From a bacterium (GTDB lineage: Bacteria > Patescibacteriota > Minisyncoccia > Moranbacterales > UBA1568), in assembly GCA_021821305.1 (NCBI GenBank), contig JAKACP010000001.1, positions 68,934 through 132,933 of the forward strand: a DNA stretch of 64,000 bases, in the 5' to 3' direction. A program made the translations under genes and the position numbers. Of the stretch, positions 54,878-64,000 are shown piece after piece (within the stretch, counting starts at the first letter, position 1; every line of letters starts with the position of its first letter). Under the pieces are notes generated by a model that was given only the letters and a program-made list of their open reading frames with translations, ran no database searches and was not told where the DNA came from.

Positions 54878-57598
54878 CTATATCTCTCCCCAATTCTTGC
54901 CGACCGCGGTCTCTGCGACGAGCGGGACGCGGAGCGCATATGCCGCCGCCATTTCCTTTTTCACTTCGGCCGCGAATTCCTCGGCGATATCTTTCTTTAC
55001 TTCGAAGATGAGCTCGTCGTGCACCTGAAGCAGCATCTTTACCCGGAGCGCTTCGTCTGACGATGCGGACGGGCGAGCATCCTTATTGTACCGCGAAACG
55101 AGAGCGTGCGCACGGAGCATCGCGAGTTTCATGATGTCCGCGGCCAGGCCCTGTACCGGCATGTTGATCGCCATCCGCTCGCCGGCGCGCACGAGCGCCG
55201 GGTTGCCGCTCGCCATTTCCGGCACGTAGCGCCGCCGCCCGAGCTCGGTCTCCACATAGCCCTTCTCCTTGGCGGAGATCTTCATATCTTCCATATACTT
55301 CGCGACACCGGGGAATTTCTCGAAATACATCGCGATGAAATCGGCCGCCTTCTTCTGGTCGATACCGAGGTTCTGCGCGAGTCCGTACGCGCTCATGCCG
55401 TACATGAGTCCGAAGTTGAAGACCTTGGCCTCGCGGCGCTGGTCCGGCGTTACGTCTTCCGGCTTCACGTCGTAGACCGCCGACGCGGTCGCGCGGTGCA
55501 CGTCCTGTCCGCGCTCGAACGCCGAGACGAGGTTGGCATCGCCCGAGAGATGCGCCATCACCCGGAGCTCGATCTGCGAATAGTCCGCGCCGACGAGGGA
55601 GAACCCTTCTTCCGCCACGAACGCGCTCCGTATCGCCTCGCTCCACTTCTCCCGCGCGGGGATATTCTGCAGGTTCGGCTCGGTCGACGAAAGCCGACCG
55701 GTCGCGGCCACGGCCTGCTGGTAGGTCGTGTGGAGCCGGGATTCCCGGTCCACGAGCGCCGGGAAGGCATCGAGATAGGTCGTCTTCAGTTTGAACAGCT
55801 CGCGCGCTTCCTCGATGAGCCCGATGATCGGATACTCGCGGAGCTTCTCGAGTTCCGACGACGCGGTCGAGAGGCCCGTTTTCGTTTTTTTGATACCGGC
55901 CGTGGGGATATGGAGATCGCCGAAGAGGATCTCCGCGAGCTGTTTCGGGGAATTGATATTGAACTCCCGCCCGGCGAGGTCGTAGATCTTCTTTTCGATC
56001 GCCGAAAGTTCGGTACCGAGCTCGCCGGAGAGCTTCCTGAATTTTTCCGTATCGAGCCTGATGCCATACTCCTCCATTTCGGCGAGTATCGGGATGAGCG
56101 GCATTTCGACCTCCGTGAAGAGGCGTCCCATATTCCACTCGGAGTCCTGCTCGTCGCAGATCGTCTGGAGCCGTTCCGACAGCCTCACCGAGAGATCACG
56201 GAGGGAAAGCGCCTTGGTCTCGAGCGCCTCTTCGCCGAGTTCGGCGATGACGAGGTGGTCGAACTCGACCCGCGTTCCGGCCTGGAGGAGATACGCCGCA
56301 AGCATCGCGTCGGATGCGATTCCTCGGAGCACGATACCCTCTCTCTTCAGGACGTGCCAGGCCGCCTTCGCATCATAGAAAATCTTCCCGCGATTCTCGT
56401 CCTCGAAAAATCCCTTGAGCGGTTTCTTCGTCTCCTCGTTCCATTCGATGACAATGTTTTGTACGTTGTCACCCCGGACCCGATCCGGGGTCTGAACTCC
56501 CGCTTTCGCGGGAATGACAGGATTGAAAGCCACCTCCACCTTCGCGATTCCCGCACCGCCGAAGAGCGACGCCTCGCCCGAATGGATCCACACCGCCGCA
56601 TCCCCTCCGATTTCCCCCAGGAACTTCTCCATCTCGGATTTTTCTTTCAGTACTTTTGTTTTCTTGCTTCTTATTTCCTGTTTTTTTGCATTTGTTTCTT
56701 GTTTCTTGTTTCCCGTTTCTTGTTCATTGCCCACTGGCAGCCGTTTCAGGAGACTCCAGAATTCGAATTCCCTCAGGAGGGCCGCGACCTTCTCGCGGTC
56801 ATAGTCATGGGCCACGCAGGCCATCGCGTCGAATGATACCGGGGCATCCGTCCGGATCGTCCCGAGGTCCTTGGAAAAAAACGCGCTCTCTCGCTCCGCT
56901 TCGAGTTTTTTGCGTACCGACTCCTTGATATCCGGAAGTTTTTCATATATCGCCTCGAGTGTCCCGTGCGCCTTGAGGAGATCCGTCGCGGTCTTGGCGC
57001 CGATGCCGGATACGCCGGGAATATTGTCCGACGCATCGCCGGCGAGACCCTTGTAGTCGGGGATCGCCTCGGGGGGGAACCCGTACTTTTCGATCACCGC
57101 CTCGCGATCATAGAGCACGAGGTCCTTGAGTCCCTTGCGGATCGAGAACACCTTTACCAAAGGCGACACGAGCTGGAGCGCGTCGTTGTCTCCGGTCACG
57201 ATGATCGCCTCGATGCCCTCGGCTTCGGCCTGCTTCGCGATCGTGCCCACGCAGTCATCCGCTTCGAAACCCTCCCGCTCGTAGATCGGGATATTGAACG
57301 CGGTCACGAGCTCCTTGACCCGCGGGATCTGCGCGTAGAGATCGTCCGGCGCCTTGGTCCGGGTCGCCTTGTAGTCGGCGTACATCTCGTCGCGGAAGGT
57401 GGGCCCGGCGAGGTCGAACGACGCCGCGATATAGTCGGGCTTGAATTTCTCGAGCACGGAGAGGAGTGTCATAGCGAATCCGTACACCGCCCCGACCGGC
57501 TCGCCCGTCTTGGTCATGAGTGGCGGCAGAGCATGGTACGCCCGGTGGATGAGCGCATTCCCGTCGAGGAGAATCAGTTTTTTCGGTTTGACGTTCAT
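54878..57598 (-). CDS. polA: DNA polymerase I (5'-3' exonuclease plus polymerase domain)
   Basis: The N-terminal 5'-nuclease has LLDGNALIHRAYHA. The family A polymerase motifs DYSQIELR and KVFNFGLMYGMS are present. Confidence 0.9.
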   Translation of the reverse strand: MNVKPKKLILLDGNALIHRAYHALPPLMTKTGEPVGAVYGFAMTLLSVLEKFKPDYIAASFDLAGPTFRDEMYADYKATRTKAPDDLYAQIPRVKELVTAFNIPIYEREGFEADDCVGTIAKQAEAEGIEAIIVTGDNDALQLVSPLVKVFSIRKGLKDLVLYDREAVIEKYGFPPEAIPDYKGLAGDASDNIPGVSGIGAKTATDLLKAHGTLEAIYEKLPDIKESVRKKLEAERESAFFSKDLGTIRTDAPVSFDAMACVAHDYDREKVAALLREFEFWSLLKRLPVGNEQETGNKKQETNAKKQEIRSKKTKVLKEKSEMEKFLGEIGGDAAVWIHSGEASLFGGAGIAKVEVAFNPVIPAKAGVQTPDRVRGDNVQNIVIEWNEETKKPLKGFFEDENRGKIFYDAKAAWHVLKREGIVLRGIASDAMLAAYLLQAGTRVEFDHLVIAELGEEALETKALSLRDLSVRLSERLQTICDEQDSEWNMGRLFTEVEMPLIPILAEMEEYGIRLDTEKFRKLSGELGTELSAIEKKIYDLAGREFNINSPKQLAEILFGDLHIPTAGIKKTKTGLSTASSELEKLREYPIIGLIEEARELFKLKTTYLDAFPALVDRESRLHTTYQQAVAATGRLSSTEPNLQNIPAREKWSEAIRSAFVAEEGFSLVGADYSQIELRVMAHLSGDANLVSAFERGQDVHRATASAVYDVKPEDVTPDQRREAKVFNFGLMYGMSAYGLAQNLGIDQKKAADFIAMYFEKFPGVAKYMEDMKISAKEKGYVETELGRRRYVPEMASGNPALVRAGERMAINMPVQGLAADIMKLAMLRAHALVSRYNKDARPSASSDEALRVKMLLQVHDELIFEVKKDIAEEFAAEVKKEMAAAYALRVPLVAETAVGKNWGEI

Positions 57599-58086
57599 GG
57601 CGATATCCGGTGCTCAATGGATACCTCCCGTTCGGTATCGGAAACCCACCGAAGGGAGACCGTATCCGTGTCCGCAGGAAGGAGCGATTCGATCTTCTCC
57701 GGCCATTCGACGAGGACGATTCCCTGGGGGTCGGCGATCCACTCCTCGAAACCGAGTCTGGCGATCTCCTCGGGATCATCGATACGATATGCGTCCATGT
57801 GGTAAACACGTCGAATGTCGGTCGCGGAAGGCGCCGCGAGACCCGCCCGCTTCCCGCCATCGACGGGAAGTGTTTCGGGCAGGTCGTATTCCTTCATGAT
57901 GACGAAGGTCGGGCTGACGTAGGGACCCTCCGCGCCGAGCGCCTCGAGGAACCCCTGGACGAACGTCGTCTTGCCGGCGCCCAAGTCGCCTTTGAGCGCG
58001 ATGACGCTTCCCGGCCTGGCGGCGCGGGCGGTGTCGGCGCCGAGCGCGCGGGTTTCCCCGGTCGAATGTGTCGTGATACTGGGCAT
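57595..58086 (-). CDS. tsaE: tRNA threonylcarbamoyladenosine biosynthesis ATPase TsaE
   Basis: The P-loop is LKGDLGAGKTTF. The product is YjeE-like. Confidence 0.8.
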   Translation of the reverse strand: MPSITTHSTGETRALGADTARAARPGSVIALKGDLGAGKTTFVQGFLEALGAEGPYVSPTFVIMKEYDLPETLPVDGGKRAGLAAPSATDIRRVYHMDAYRIDDPEEIARLGFEEWIADPQGIVLVEWPEKIESLLPADTDTVSLRWVSDTEREVSIEHRISP

Positions 58087-58232
58087 AGGCGTTTCTCCCT
58101 TCCATTGTCGGCTCTTTTGCGCTTTTTGACAATGTTTGACATCGGCGCGCCGAGGTGCTACTTTGGGCTTTCATTTGCTGTTTCCCGTATTCTGGCCGGC
58201 ATCTGGAATCTGATATTTGGAATTCCCAGGCT

Positions 58233-59378
58233 ATGTCACTCACTCCCTCCGAGCAATTCTCCGAACTTGCGAGAAAAAGCGAAAATCCGATCATCCTCCT
58301 GCCGAGCTATCCCAGCAAGGAAACGCTCGCATCGGCCTTCGCGCTCGCCGGATTCCTTTCCAAGCTCGGAAAATCGGTCACCCTCGCCGGAGACGAGCTT
58401 TCCTCGCGCGTAGGCGACCTCCCGTTCCTCGAGCTGGAGGGGTCGATACTCGATTCCCTGTCCGGGACGCACGATTTCGTGCTCGCGTTCAATACCAAAT
58501 ACAACAAGATCCTTTCCATACGGAGCGAACAGGAAGGGGAGGAGTTCCGCATCTCGCTCACGCCCGAGAAGGGATCGATCGACCCTCGTGACTTCTCCTT
58601 CATCCCGGCGCAGTTCAAATACGACGTCGCCTTCGTCGTGGGCGCACCGGACAAGGAAAGCCTGGGAAAACTCTATGAGGATCATCCCGACATCTTCTAC
58701 GAGATCCCGATCGTGAATATCGACAACAAGCCGGAGAACGAGAACTTCGGACAACTGAACATGGTCGATCTGACCGCTTCGTGCGTCGGCGACATCCTGT
58801 TCGAGACGTTTTCCGCGATCGACGCGAAGGCGATCGACGAGAGGGTGGCCGAAGCGCTCCTCACCGCCATCATCGCCGCCACCGACAGCTTCCAGCGGAA
58901 AAACACCACCCCGAAGGCGCTCCAGACCGCGTCGAAGCTGATCGAACTCGGTGCGGACCGCGAGAAGATCGTACTTTCGCTCTACAAGACCCAGCCCCTG
59001 CACCTGCTCAAGCTCTGGGGGCGGCTCATGTCGAACCTGAAATGGGAGGAATCGCTCCGTCTCGCGTACGTGTCGGCGAGCATCGAGGATTTCGTGCAGA
59101 GCCGGTCGGACATCCGGGATATCCCGGCCGTGCTCGACAAGATCCGCGGCAACCTCTCTTCCGGCGCGTTCTTCGTCGTCCTCTCGCCGGAAACCGACGG
59201 CACCTCGCGCGCGATACTCAAGGCATCGAACAACGGGAAGGTCATATCCTTGGCGGAATCCATCGACGGGGCCCAGCTCCACGGCGACACCGTATCGTTT
59301 CCCCTGCTCGCCCCAGCGGGCGAGACTGCCGAACTCATGCTCATCGAGACGATACGCGGCGCGCTGGAGGGCAAGTGA
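58233..59378 (+). CDS. DHH-family phosphoesterase (NrnA-like)
   Basis: The DHH and DHHA1 architecture is present. The start is at the internal MSLTPSE. Confidence 0.65.
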   Translation: MSLTPSEQFSELARKSENPIILLPSYPSKETLASAFALAGFLSKLGKSVTLAGDELSSRVGDLPFLELEGSILDSLSGTHDFVLAFNTKYNKILSIRSEQEGEEFRISLTPEKGSIDPRDFSFIPAQFKYDVAFVVGAPDKESLGKLYEDHPDIFYEIPIVNIDNKPENENFGQLNMVDLTASCVGDILFETFSAIDAKAIDERVAEALLTAIIAATDSFQRKNTTPKALQTASKLIELGADREKIVLSLYKTQPLHLLKLWGRLMSNLKWEESLRLAYVSASIEDFVQSRSDIRDIPAVLDKIRGNLSSGAFFVVLSPETDGTSRAILKASNNGKVISLAESIDGAQLHGDTVSFPLLAPAGETAELMLIETIRGALEGK

Positions 59379-59456
59379 GTTTAACTGAAATCGTTTTTGC
59401 GGTACAATGGGGGCGATAGCCCCTATTTTTCTTCGTCAAAACAGAAACGAAATCTT

Positions 59457-62400
59457 ATGGTCAAAGTCATTCAACAATCATCCCGCGACTGGCTCGAGGA
59501 GAAGGCGGAGAAAACCAAGGCGGTGCTCGGACAGATGGAGTCGCAGTCGAAGGAAGAATTGGCCGCCAGGCTCGCGGCGAGTCTCGATCTCCCGTATATC
59601 GACCTCCAGATCTTCCCGCCCAACGCCGCCGATGTCGCGCTCGTTCCCGAAGAGGTCGCCCGGAAACATCGGCTGGCGATTTTCGAAAAGGTCGGCGACA
59701 GGATACGGGTGGCGTTCGCCGACCCGGAGGATACAGAAGCGGACGCCTTCATCGGCGCGTTCGCAGGGGAAAACCGCCTGAAGCCGGAAAAATACGTCGC
59801 CTCGAACCAATCGCTCGAGCGGGTGTGGCTCCTCTATAGGACCGCTCCGGTGCTCGAGAATCTCGATCTCTGGCGGGTATCGCTCGAAGGCGACGACCTC
59901 AAGAAATTCGAGGAGGATTTCGGTGAGCTCCTGAAATTGAAGGAAGCGTCCGATATCCCCGTGTCCCGGACGATCGAGATCATCATGGCCGGCGCGAACA
60001 AGCTCCGCGCGAGCGACATCCATATCGAGCCCGGAGACGGCACGGTCCGTCTCCGTTACCGTATCGACGGCATGCTCCAGGACATCGGCACGCTCTCGCA
60101 GGATGTCTACCGGCTGACGCTCTCGCGCATCAAGATGCTCGCGCACATGAAGATCAATATCCGCGACCGGGCGCAGGACGGCCATTTCGGCATCGAGCTC
60201 GACGGGGAAAAGGTCGACCTGCGCGTGAACATCATCCCGGGCAACCACGGGGAGAACATCAACATGCGTATCCTGAACGCTGGCAGTGTCCTCCTCGATA
60301 TCGAGTCACTCGGTATCCGCGGCGAGACCCGGGAAAAGATCCTGCGCGAGCTGCACAAACCGCACGGCATGATACTCAACACCGGTCCCACGGGATCCGG
60401 TAAGACGACCACGCTCTACAGTCTGCTCAACATCATCAACAAGTCGGACGTGAAGATCATCACCATCGAGGACCCGATCGAGTACCAGATACCCGGCATC
60501 GTCCAGACGGAAGTGTCCAAGGACAAGAGCTACACCTTCGGCTCCGCGCTCCGGGCGGTGGTCCGACAGGACCCGGACGTCGTCCTCGTCGGCGAGATCC
60601 GGGACGAGGAGACCGCCGATGTGGCCGTCAACGCCGCGATGACCGGACATCTCCTTCTCTCGACCATACACGCCAACACGGCCCCCGGTGCCATCCCTCG
60701 TCTCCTCGAAATGGGTATCCGCCCGTCGCTCATCGCCTCATCGATCAACATCGTGATCGGACAGCGGCTCGTCCGACGGCTCTGCGAGCACTGCAAGGAA
60801 TCCTACGTCCCCGCCGAGGAGACGGTCCGGAACCTCAAGCGGCTCCTCTCGATCATCTCGCCGAAAGCGGATATCGCCATGCCTGAAACGGTAGACCGGC
60901 TCTGGAGAGCCAAGGGCTGCGCACAATGCAATTTCAGCGGATACCACGGCCGCATCGGCATCTACGAGGTGTTCTCCATCACCAAACGCATCGAGAGCAT
61001 CATCCTCGACCTCGGAACGGAAAAGGACGTCGCCAAGGCCGCCATCGAGGACGGCATGGTCACCATGCTGCAAGACGGCATACTGAAGTCCGTCGAGGGC
61101 CTCACGACCATGGACGAAGTCTGGCGCGCCACCGGTCAGGAGGAATTCCTCGAGGAATTCTATCGGGACGTCACCCACTCGACGCTCTCGTCGACTTCCG
61201 CGGTCGATGCCGCGTTTTCCGGAAAAGCGGCGGAGGTGGCCGGGGACCCGGCCGCGTTTTCCGCCCTCATCGGATCCGTACCGCCGGAAAACATATTCGA
61301 GACGCTGCTTTCGGGAGCGGTCGCGATGAAGGCGACCGACATACAGCTCGAACCGAACGAGCGTTCGGTCTCGGTCCGGTTCCGCAAGAACGGCATCCTC
61401 GAATCGGTCGGTGAGATCAGAAGCGAGCATCTCCAACCGGCGATATCCGAGATCAAGCTCCTCGCCGGAATGGAATCGGGAAGCCGGCCCGGAGTGCAGG
61501 AAGGGCGCTTCTCGAGCACGATCGGAAACGCCGAAGGCGAGGCGCGCGAGATCGATGTCCGCGTCGCCATCGTGCTCGGCGGATACGGCGAGACCGTCAT
61601 GATCAAGATCATGGCGGAAGAAAAGGAGATCCGCCTCGAGAACCTCGGACTCCGCAAGGAACACCTCGAAAAGATACTCTCGTTCTGCAAGCGCTCATAC
61701 GGCATGTTCATCGCCTCCGGCCCTGACGGCTCCGGCAAGACGACGCTCCTCTACAATCTGCTCCGGTCGCTCCATTCGCCGGAGACCAAGATCGTGACCG
61801 TCGAGGATCCCATCGAGCGCCGCATGCCGGGGATCCTCCAGACGCAGGTGGACGAAGCCCGGGAGTATTCCTTTCCGGAGGCGATCACATCCCTCCTCCG
61901 ACAGGGACCGAACATCCTCCTCGCAAGCGAAATCCGCAATGCCGAGACGGCCCAATCCCTCGCCGAAGCGGCGCTGACCGGGCACCTGACCTTCTCGAGC
62001 ATGCAGGGCAACAGCGCCTCGCTTGCCGCGACGCGCCTCTCCGGATTCGGCATCCGCGGCGAAGATTTCGCCAATGCGGGCATGACGATCGCCGGCGTCC
62101 GGCTCGTCCGGAAACTCTGCGAATCCTGTAAGGAAAAAATCACGCCGGACGGAAAAGCCGAGGCACTCATCGGAAAGGTCCTTTCCGGCATATCCCCGGC
62201 ATCGGGCGTCAGGATCCCGAAGAAATATTCCATCTACGCAAGCAAAGGATGCGAGCAGTGCGGAGGATCCGGATTCTCGGGGCAGATCATGCTCTCGGAG
62301 ATACTCCCGGTGACGCCGGGTATCGCCGAAATACTCGCCACCTCCCCGATAGCCACGACGGTGGAGGGGAAGGCCAAGGAAGAAGGCATGCTCACGCTCA

Positions 62401-62474
62401 CCGAAGACGGCATACTCGCGGCCCTCGAGGGCGCCACGACGCTCTCCGAGGTGGAGCGGGTCACGGAAGAATAG
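59457..62474 (+). CDS. tandem-duplicated GspE/PilB-type secretion ATPase (two complete N-domain plus ATPase modules fused, ~1005 aa)
   Basis: Module 1 has Walker A GPTGSGKTTT, the Asp box, the His box TGHLLLSTIHAN and a tetracysteine. Module 2 has GPDGSGKTTL, a degenerate His box (TGHLTFSSMQGN) and a second CxxC...CxxC. The start is chosen at MVKVIQ. Confidence 0.8.
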   Translation: MVKVIQQSSRDWLEEKAEKTKAVLGQMESQSKEELAARLAASLDLPYIDLQIFPPNAADVALVPEEVARKHRLAIFEKVGDRIRVAFADPEDTEADAFIGAFAGENRLKPEKYVASNQSLERVWLLYRTAPVLENLDLWRVSLEGDDLKKFEEDFGELLKLKEASDIPVSRTIEIIMAGANKLRASDIHIEPGDGTVRLRYRIDGMLQDIGTLSQDVYRLTLSRIKMLAHMKINIRDRAQDGHFGIELDGEKVDLRVNIIPGNHGENINMRILNAGSVLLDIESLGIRGETREKILRELHKPHGMILNTGPTGSGKTTTLYSLLNIINKSDVKIITIEDPIEYQIPGIVQTEVSKDKSYTFGSALRAVVRQDPDVVLVGEIRDEETADVAVNAAMTGHLLLSTIHANTAPGAIPRLLEMGIRPSLIASSINIVIGQRLVRRLCEHCKESYVPAEETVRNLKRLLSIISPKADIAMPETVDRLWRAKGCAQCNFSGYHGRIGIYEVFSITKRIESIILDLGTEKDVAKAAIEDGMVTMLQDGILKSVEGLTTMDEVWRATGQEEFLEEFYRDVTHSTLSSTSAVDAAFSGKAAEVAGDPAAFSALIGSVPPENIFETLLSGAVAMKATDIQLEPNERSVSVRFRKNGILESVGEIRSEHLQPAISEIKLLAGMESGSRPGVQEGRFSSTIGNAEGEAREIDVRVAIVLGGYGETVMIKIMAEEKEIRLENLGLRKEHLEKILSFCKRSYGMFIASGPDGSGKTTLLYNLLRSLHSPETKIVTVEDPIERRMPGILQTQVDEAREYSFPEAITSLLRQGPNILLASEIRNAETAQSLAEAALTGHLTFSSMQGNSASLAATRLSGFGIRGEDFANAGMTIAGVRLVRKLCESCKEKITPDGKAEALIGKVLSGISPASGVRIPKKYSIYASKGCEQCGGSGFSGQIMLSEILPVTPGIAEILATSPIATTVEGKAKEEGMLTLTEDGILAALEGATTLSEVERVTEE

Positions 62475-62490
62475 ACGTCGTCCGAAAACG

Positions 62491-62517
62491 AAAACCCCGG
62501 GATGTCCCGGGGTTTTT
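62491..62517. terminator. bidirectional rho-independent terminator
   Basis: aaaaccccgggatgtcccggggttttt. Confidence 0.55.
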
Positions 62518-62912
62518 CATTCGTGGCAACGGATGCATCGGCATCCTTTCGGTTCTATGTATTCCCGGAAATATTCCTCGCCATAGTCGTAGGCGAGCTC
62601 CTCCCCCTCCGAGATCTTCCGCTTGGCGACGATGAATATACGTCCCTCGTCGTTCACGGCTTCGCAGTTGGGCTTGCAGGAATGGTTGATATACCGCGCC
62701 GTGTTCCAGCGAGGGCTCCCGTCGATATCCCATTCGTGATCGACGCGGAAGATATAGAGATTGTCGCGTCCGTGCGATCCGCGGACCCGTTCACCGACAT
62801 ATTCGATGACCGTCTCGCCGCGCGAGAAGTCCCGCGCCGCGTAGAGTCCGAGTCCGGCCCTCGATCGGCGGACCATGACGTCGTTCGTCCGTTCGGAGTT
62901 CTTTTTGGCCAT
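62517..62912 (-). CDS. SET-domain protein (putative protein-lysine methyltransferase) with post-SET Cys cluster
   Basis: The motifs are GLGLYAARDF, NHSCKPNC, ELAYDYG and the C-terminal CRCIRC. The start is at the internal MAKKNSE. Confidence 0.7.
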   Translation of the reverse strand: MAKKNSERTNDVMVRRSRAGLGLYAARDFSRGETVIEYVGERVRGSHGRDNLYIFRVDHEWDIDGSPRWNTARYINHSCKPNCEAVNDEGRIFIVAKRKISEGEELAYDYGEEYFREYIEPKGCRCIRCHE

Positions 62913-63311
62913 ATGGTTTTCATCCAACAATTTCCGATGATACGTGATTTTCGTGAGTCTGTCCACGTATCCCGCGCGGAAAGGCTCCGAAAAATGAAAA
63001 GGGACTCCCAAGGAGGGAGTCCCTTCGTCTCAAAGAACCGTTCAGCTGCAGGCAATCCGAAACATCGAGGACGTTTCGGGAAGGAGCAGTGTCGAGGTGA
63101 AGGAGAGCCGAAACCCCCCAACCCATATCTGGACGTCTCGCACTTACCGATACCCGCGGAAAACCGCGAGGAACGGAAAGTGCGAGGAAAAGCTCCCGGT
63201 CTTGAGGACAAAAGATAGTAATCCCCAATCTGCCTGCAGGTGAACGATTCCTTTTCCGATTCTCTAAAAAAACCGCGCGCTTTCTCACGCGACCCGACAT
63301 CTTAGCACGAC

Positions 63312-63340
63312 TTGGTATTTCTGTCAAGAAGTGGTAGAAT
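63312..63340 (+). promoter_or_regulatory. candidate sigma-70 promoter (TTGGTA-17-TAGAAT) upstream of repeat copy C and ruvB
   Basis: ttggtatttctgtcaagaagtggtagaat. Confidence 0.3.
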
Positions 63341-63397
63341 GACGAGGTACCGAAGCGGCCGAAAGCCCGCACGAAATCACCGGAAATGGCTTGAATA

Positions 63398-63583
63398 AGA
63401 GCCTGTTCAATATCTCATGTCGGATCAAAGTTTCAGAATTTCAAGCGAAAATCATGCATCGTGAGAAGGCCTATCGTGATACGCCGACGAGCGATAAATG
63501 ATTTGCAGCCGAAATTCTGAAAGTTTGGCCGACAAGCGAAGATTTTCTCTTTATTCAGGGCGGTGAGATATTGAACAAGCTCT
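63398..63583 (+). repeat. copy C of the ~186-nt TIR-flanked intergenic element
   Basis: The termini agagcctgttcaatatctca and tgagatattgaacaagctct are inverted repeats (19/20). The interior motifs tttc(a/g)agcgaaaa, ggcctatcgtgata, ccgacgagc and tttgcagccgaaat are shared with copies A and B. Confidence 0.5.
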
Positions 63584-63593
63584 AAAAGAATAT

Positions 63594-64000
63594 ATGATGA
63601 CCTCTCCGGAAAATGACGCCACCGAGGATATCGTGCTCGACACGACGCTCCGCCCGCAATCCTTCTCGGAATACGTGGGGCAGGAAAAGATCAAGCGGAA
63701 CCTCGGCATATTCATCGAGGCGGCGAAACGGCGCCAGGAAAGCGTCGACCACGTGCTCCTCTACGGTCCCGCGGGACTCGGCAAGACGACGCTCGCGCAC
63801 ATCATCGCCAAGGAGATGAACGTCAATATCCGGATCACGTCCGGCCCCGCCATCGAACGCGTCGGCGACCTCGGATCGATACTCACGAACCTCGAGCCGG
63901 GCGACGTGCTGTTCATCGACGAGATCCATCGGCTCAACAAGGTGATCGAGGAGGTGCTGTATCCGGCGATGGAGGACTACAAGCTCGATATCATCATCGG
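63594..64000 (+). CDS. ruvB: Holliday junction branch-migration helicase RuvB (3' end outside the window)
   Basis: It has the AAA+ Walker [15 protein letters not shown] and Walker [11 protein letters not shown]. The ORF is open to the end of the window. Confidence 0.85.
   Translation, partial: MMTSPENDATEDIVLDTTLRPQSFSEYVGQEKIKRNLGIFIEAAKRRQESVDHVLLYGPAGLGKTTLAHIIAKEMNVNIRITSGPAIERVGDLGSILTNLEPGDVLFIDEIHRLNKVIEEVLYPAMEDYKLDIII

Noticed and set aside
55083-56836. ORFs 55106-56836 (+) and 55083-56138 (-) inside polA
   Set aside because: They are alternative frames of DNA polymerase I. The Arg/Gly-rich translations have no motifs.
58236-61664. Minus-strand ORFs 58236-59282, 59478-60248 and 60738-61664
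   Set aside because: They are antisense to the DHH phosphoesterase gene and to the double PilB-like ATPase gene.
1-64000. CRISPR arrays, cas genes, IS transposases, rRNA genes
   Set aside because: No regularly spaced direct repeats with unique spacers, no DDE/HUH transposase motifs and no rRNA-like sequence were found on visual inspection. Repeats present are the 3-copy TIR element, the 25-nt terminator pair and protein-level paralogy.

Overview
The window is a 64-kb stretch of a high-GC (~60%+) bacterial chromosome. Its gene content points to a small-genome, possibly CPR/Patescibacteria-like organism. That placement is inference from a short IF-2, a short sigma-70, a FemX homologue, an orphan solute-binding protein and a minimal T4SS-like set.

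Recognisable core genes:
- thrS (5' partial), hup, rny, gpmI, clpP, tig, ppa, nusA, infB, cca
- a Xer-type tyrosine recombinase, a sigma-70 factor, pcrA/uvrD, murE, a FemAB-family gene
- ruvA, rpsT, holA, polA, tsaE, a DHH phosphoesterase and ruvB (3' partial)

Six tRNA genes are present: Gly-TCC, Pro-TGG, Ser-CGA, Pro-CGG and Leu-TAG, plus a truncated second copy of the Pro-TGG 5' half.

Main accessory content:
1. A minus-strand operon of about 11 kb (35177 to 24162) encodes a Gram-positive-type T4SS-like apparatus. It contains a VirB4-like ATPase, a VirB6-like polytopic membrane protein and a PrgI/VirB3-like 2-TM protein, plus hypotheticals, a CPBP protease and a 930-aa Cys-rich surface protein. 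A LysM-CHAP hydrolase lies 5 kb further upstream.
2. A low-GC (~40-48%) island at 35.8-40.56 kb sits between the T4SS-like genes and the hydrolase. It carries NUDIX, GreA-like, dTMP-kinase-like, GNAT and metallophosphoesterase genes.
3. Five tandem paralogous small secreted two-helix proteins lie at 14.6-17.0 kb. One is a two-domain fusion. They carry a conserved SAGDE motif and look like T4SS pilin candidates.
4. Three copies of a ~186-nt intergenic element are present. Each has 20-nt terminal inverted repeats that co-vary between copies. This suggests a candidate structured ncRNA or MITE family.
5. A 1025-aa protein is made of two fused GspE/PilB-type ATPase modules.
6. A two-gene operon of unknown function sits behind a consensus sigma-70 promoter.

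No CRISPR array, cas gene, IS transposase or rRNA gene was seen. Many long ORFs in the six-frame track are antisense shadows typical of high-GC DNA and were rejected. Coordinates derived from line counting may be off by a few nucleotides.
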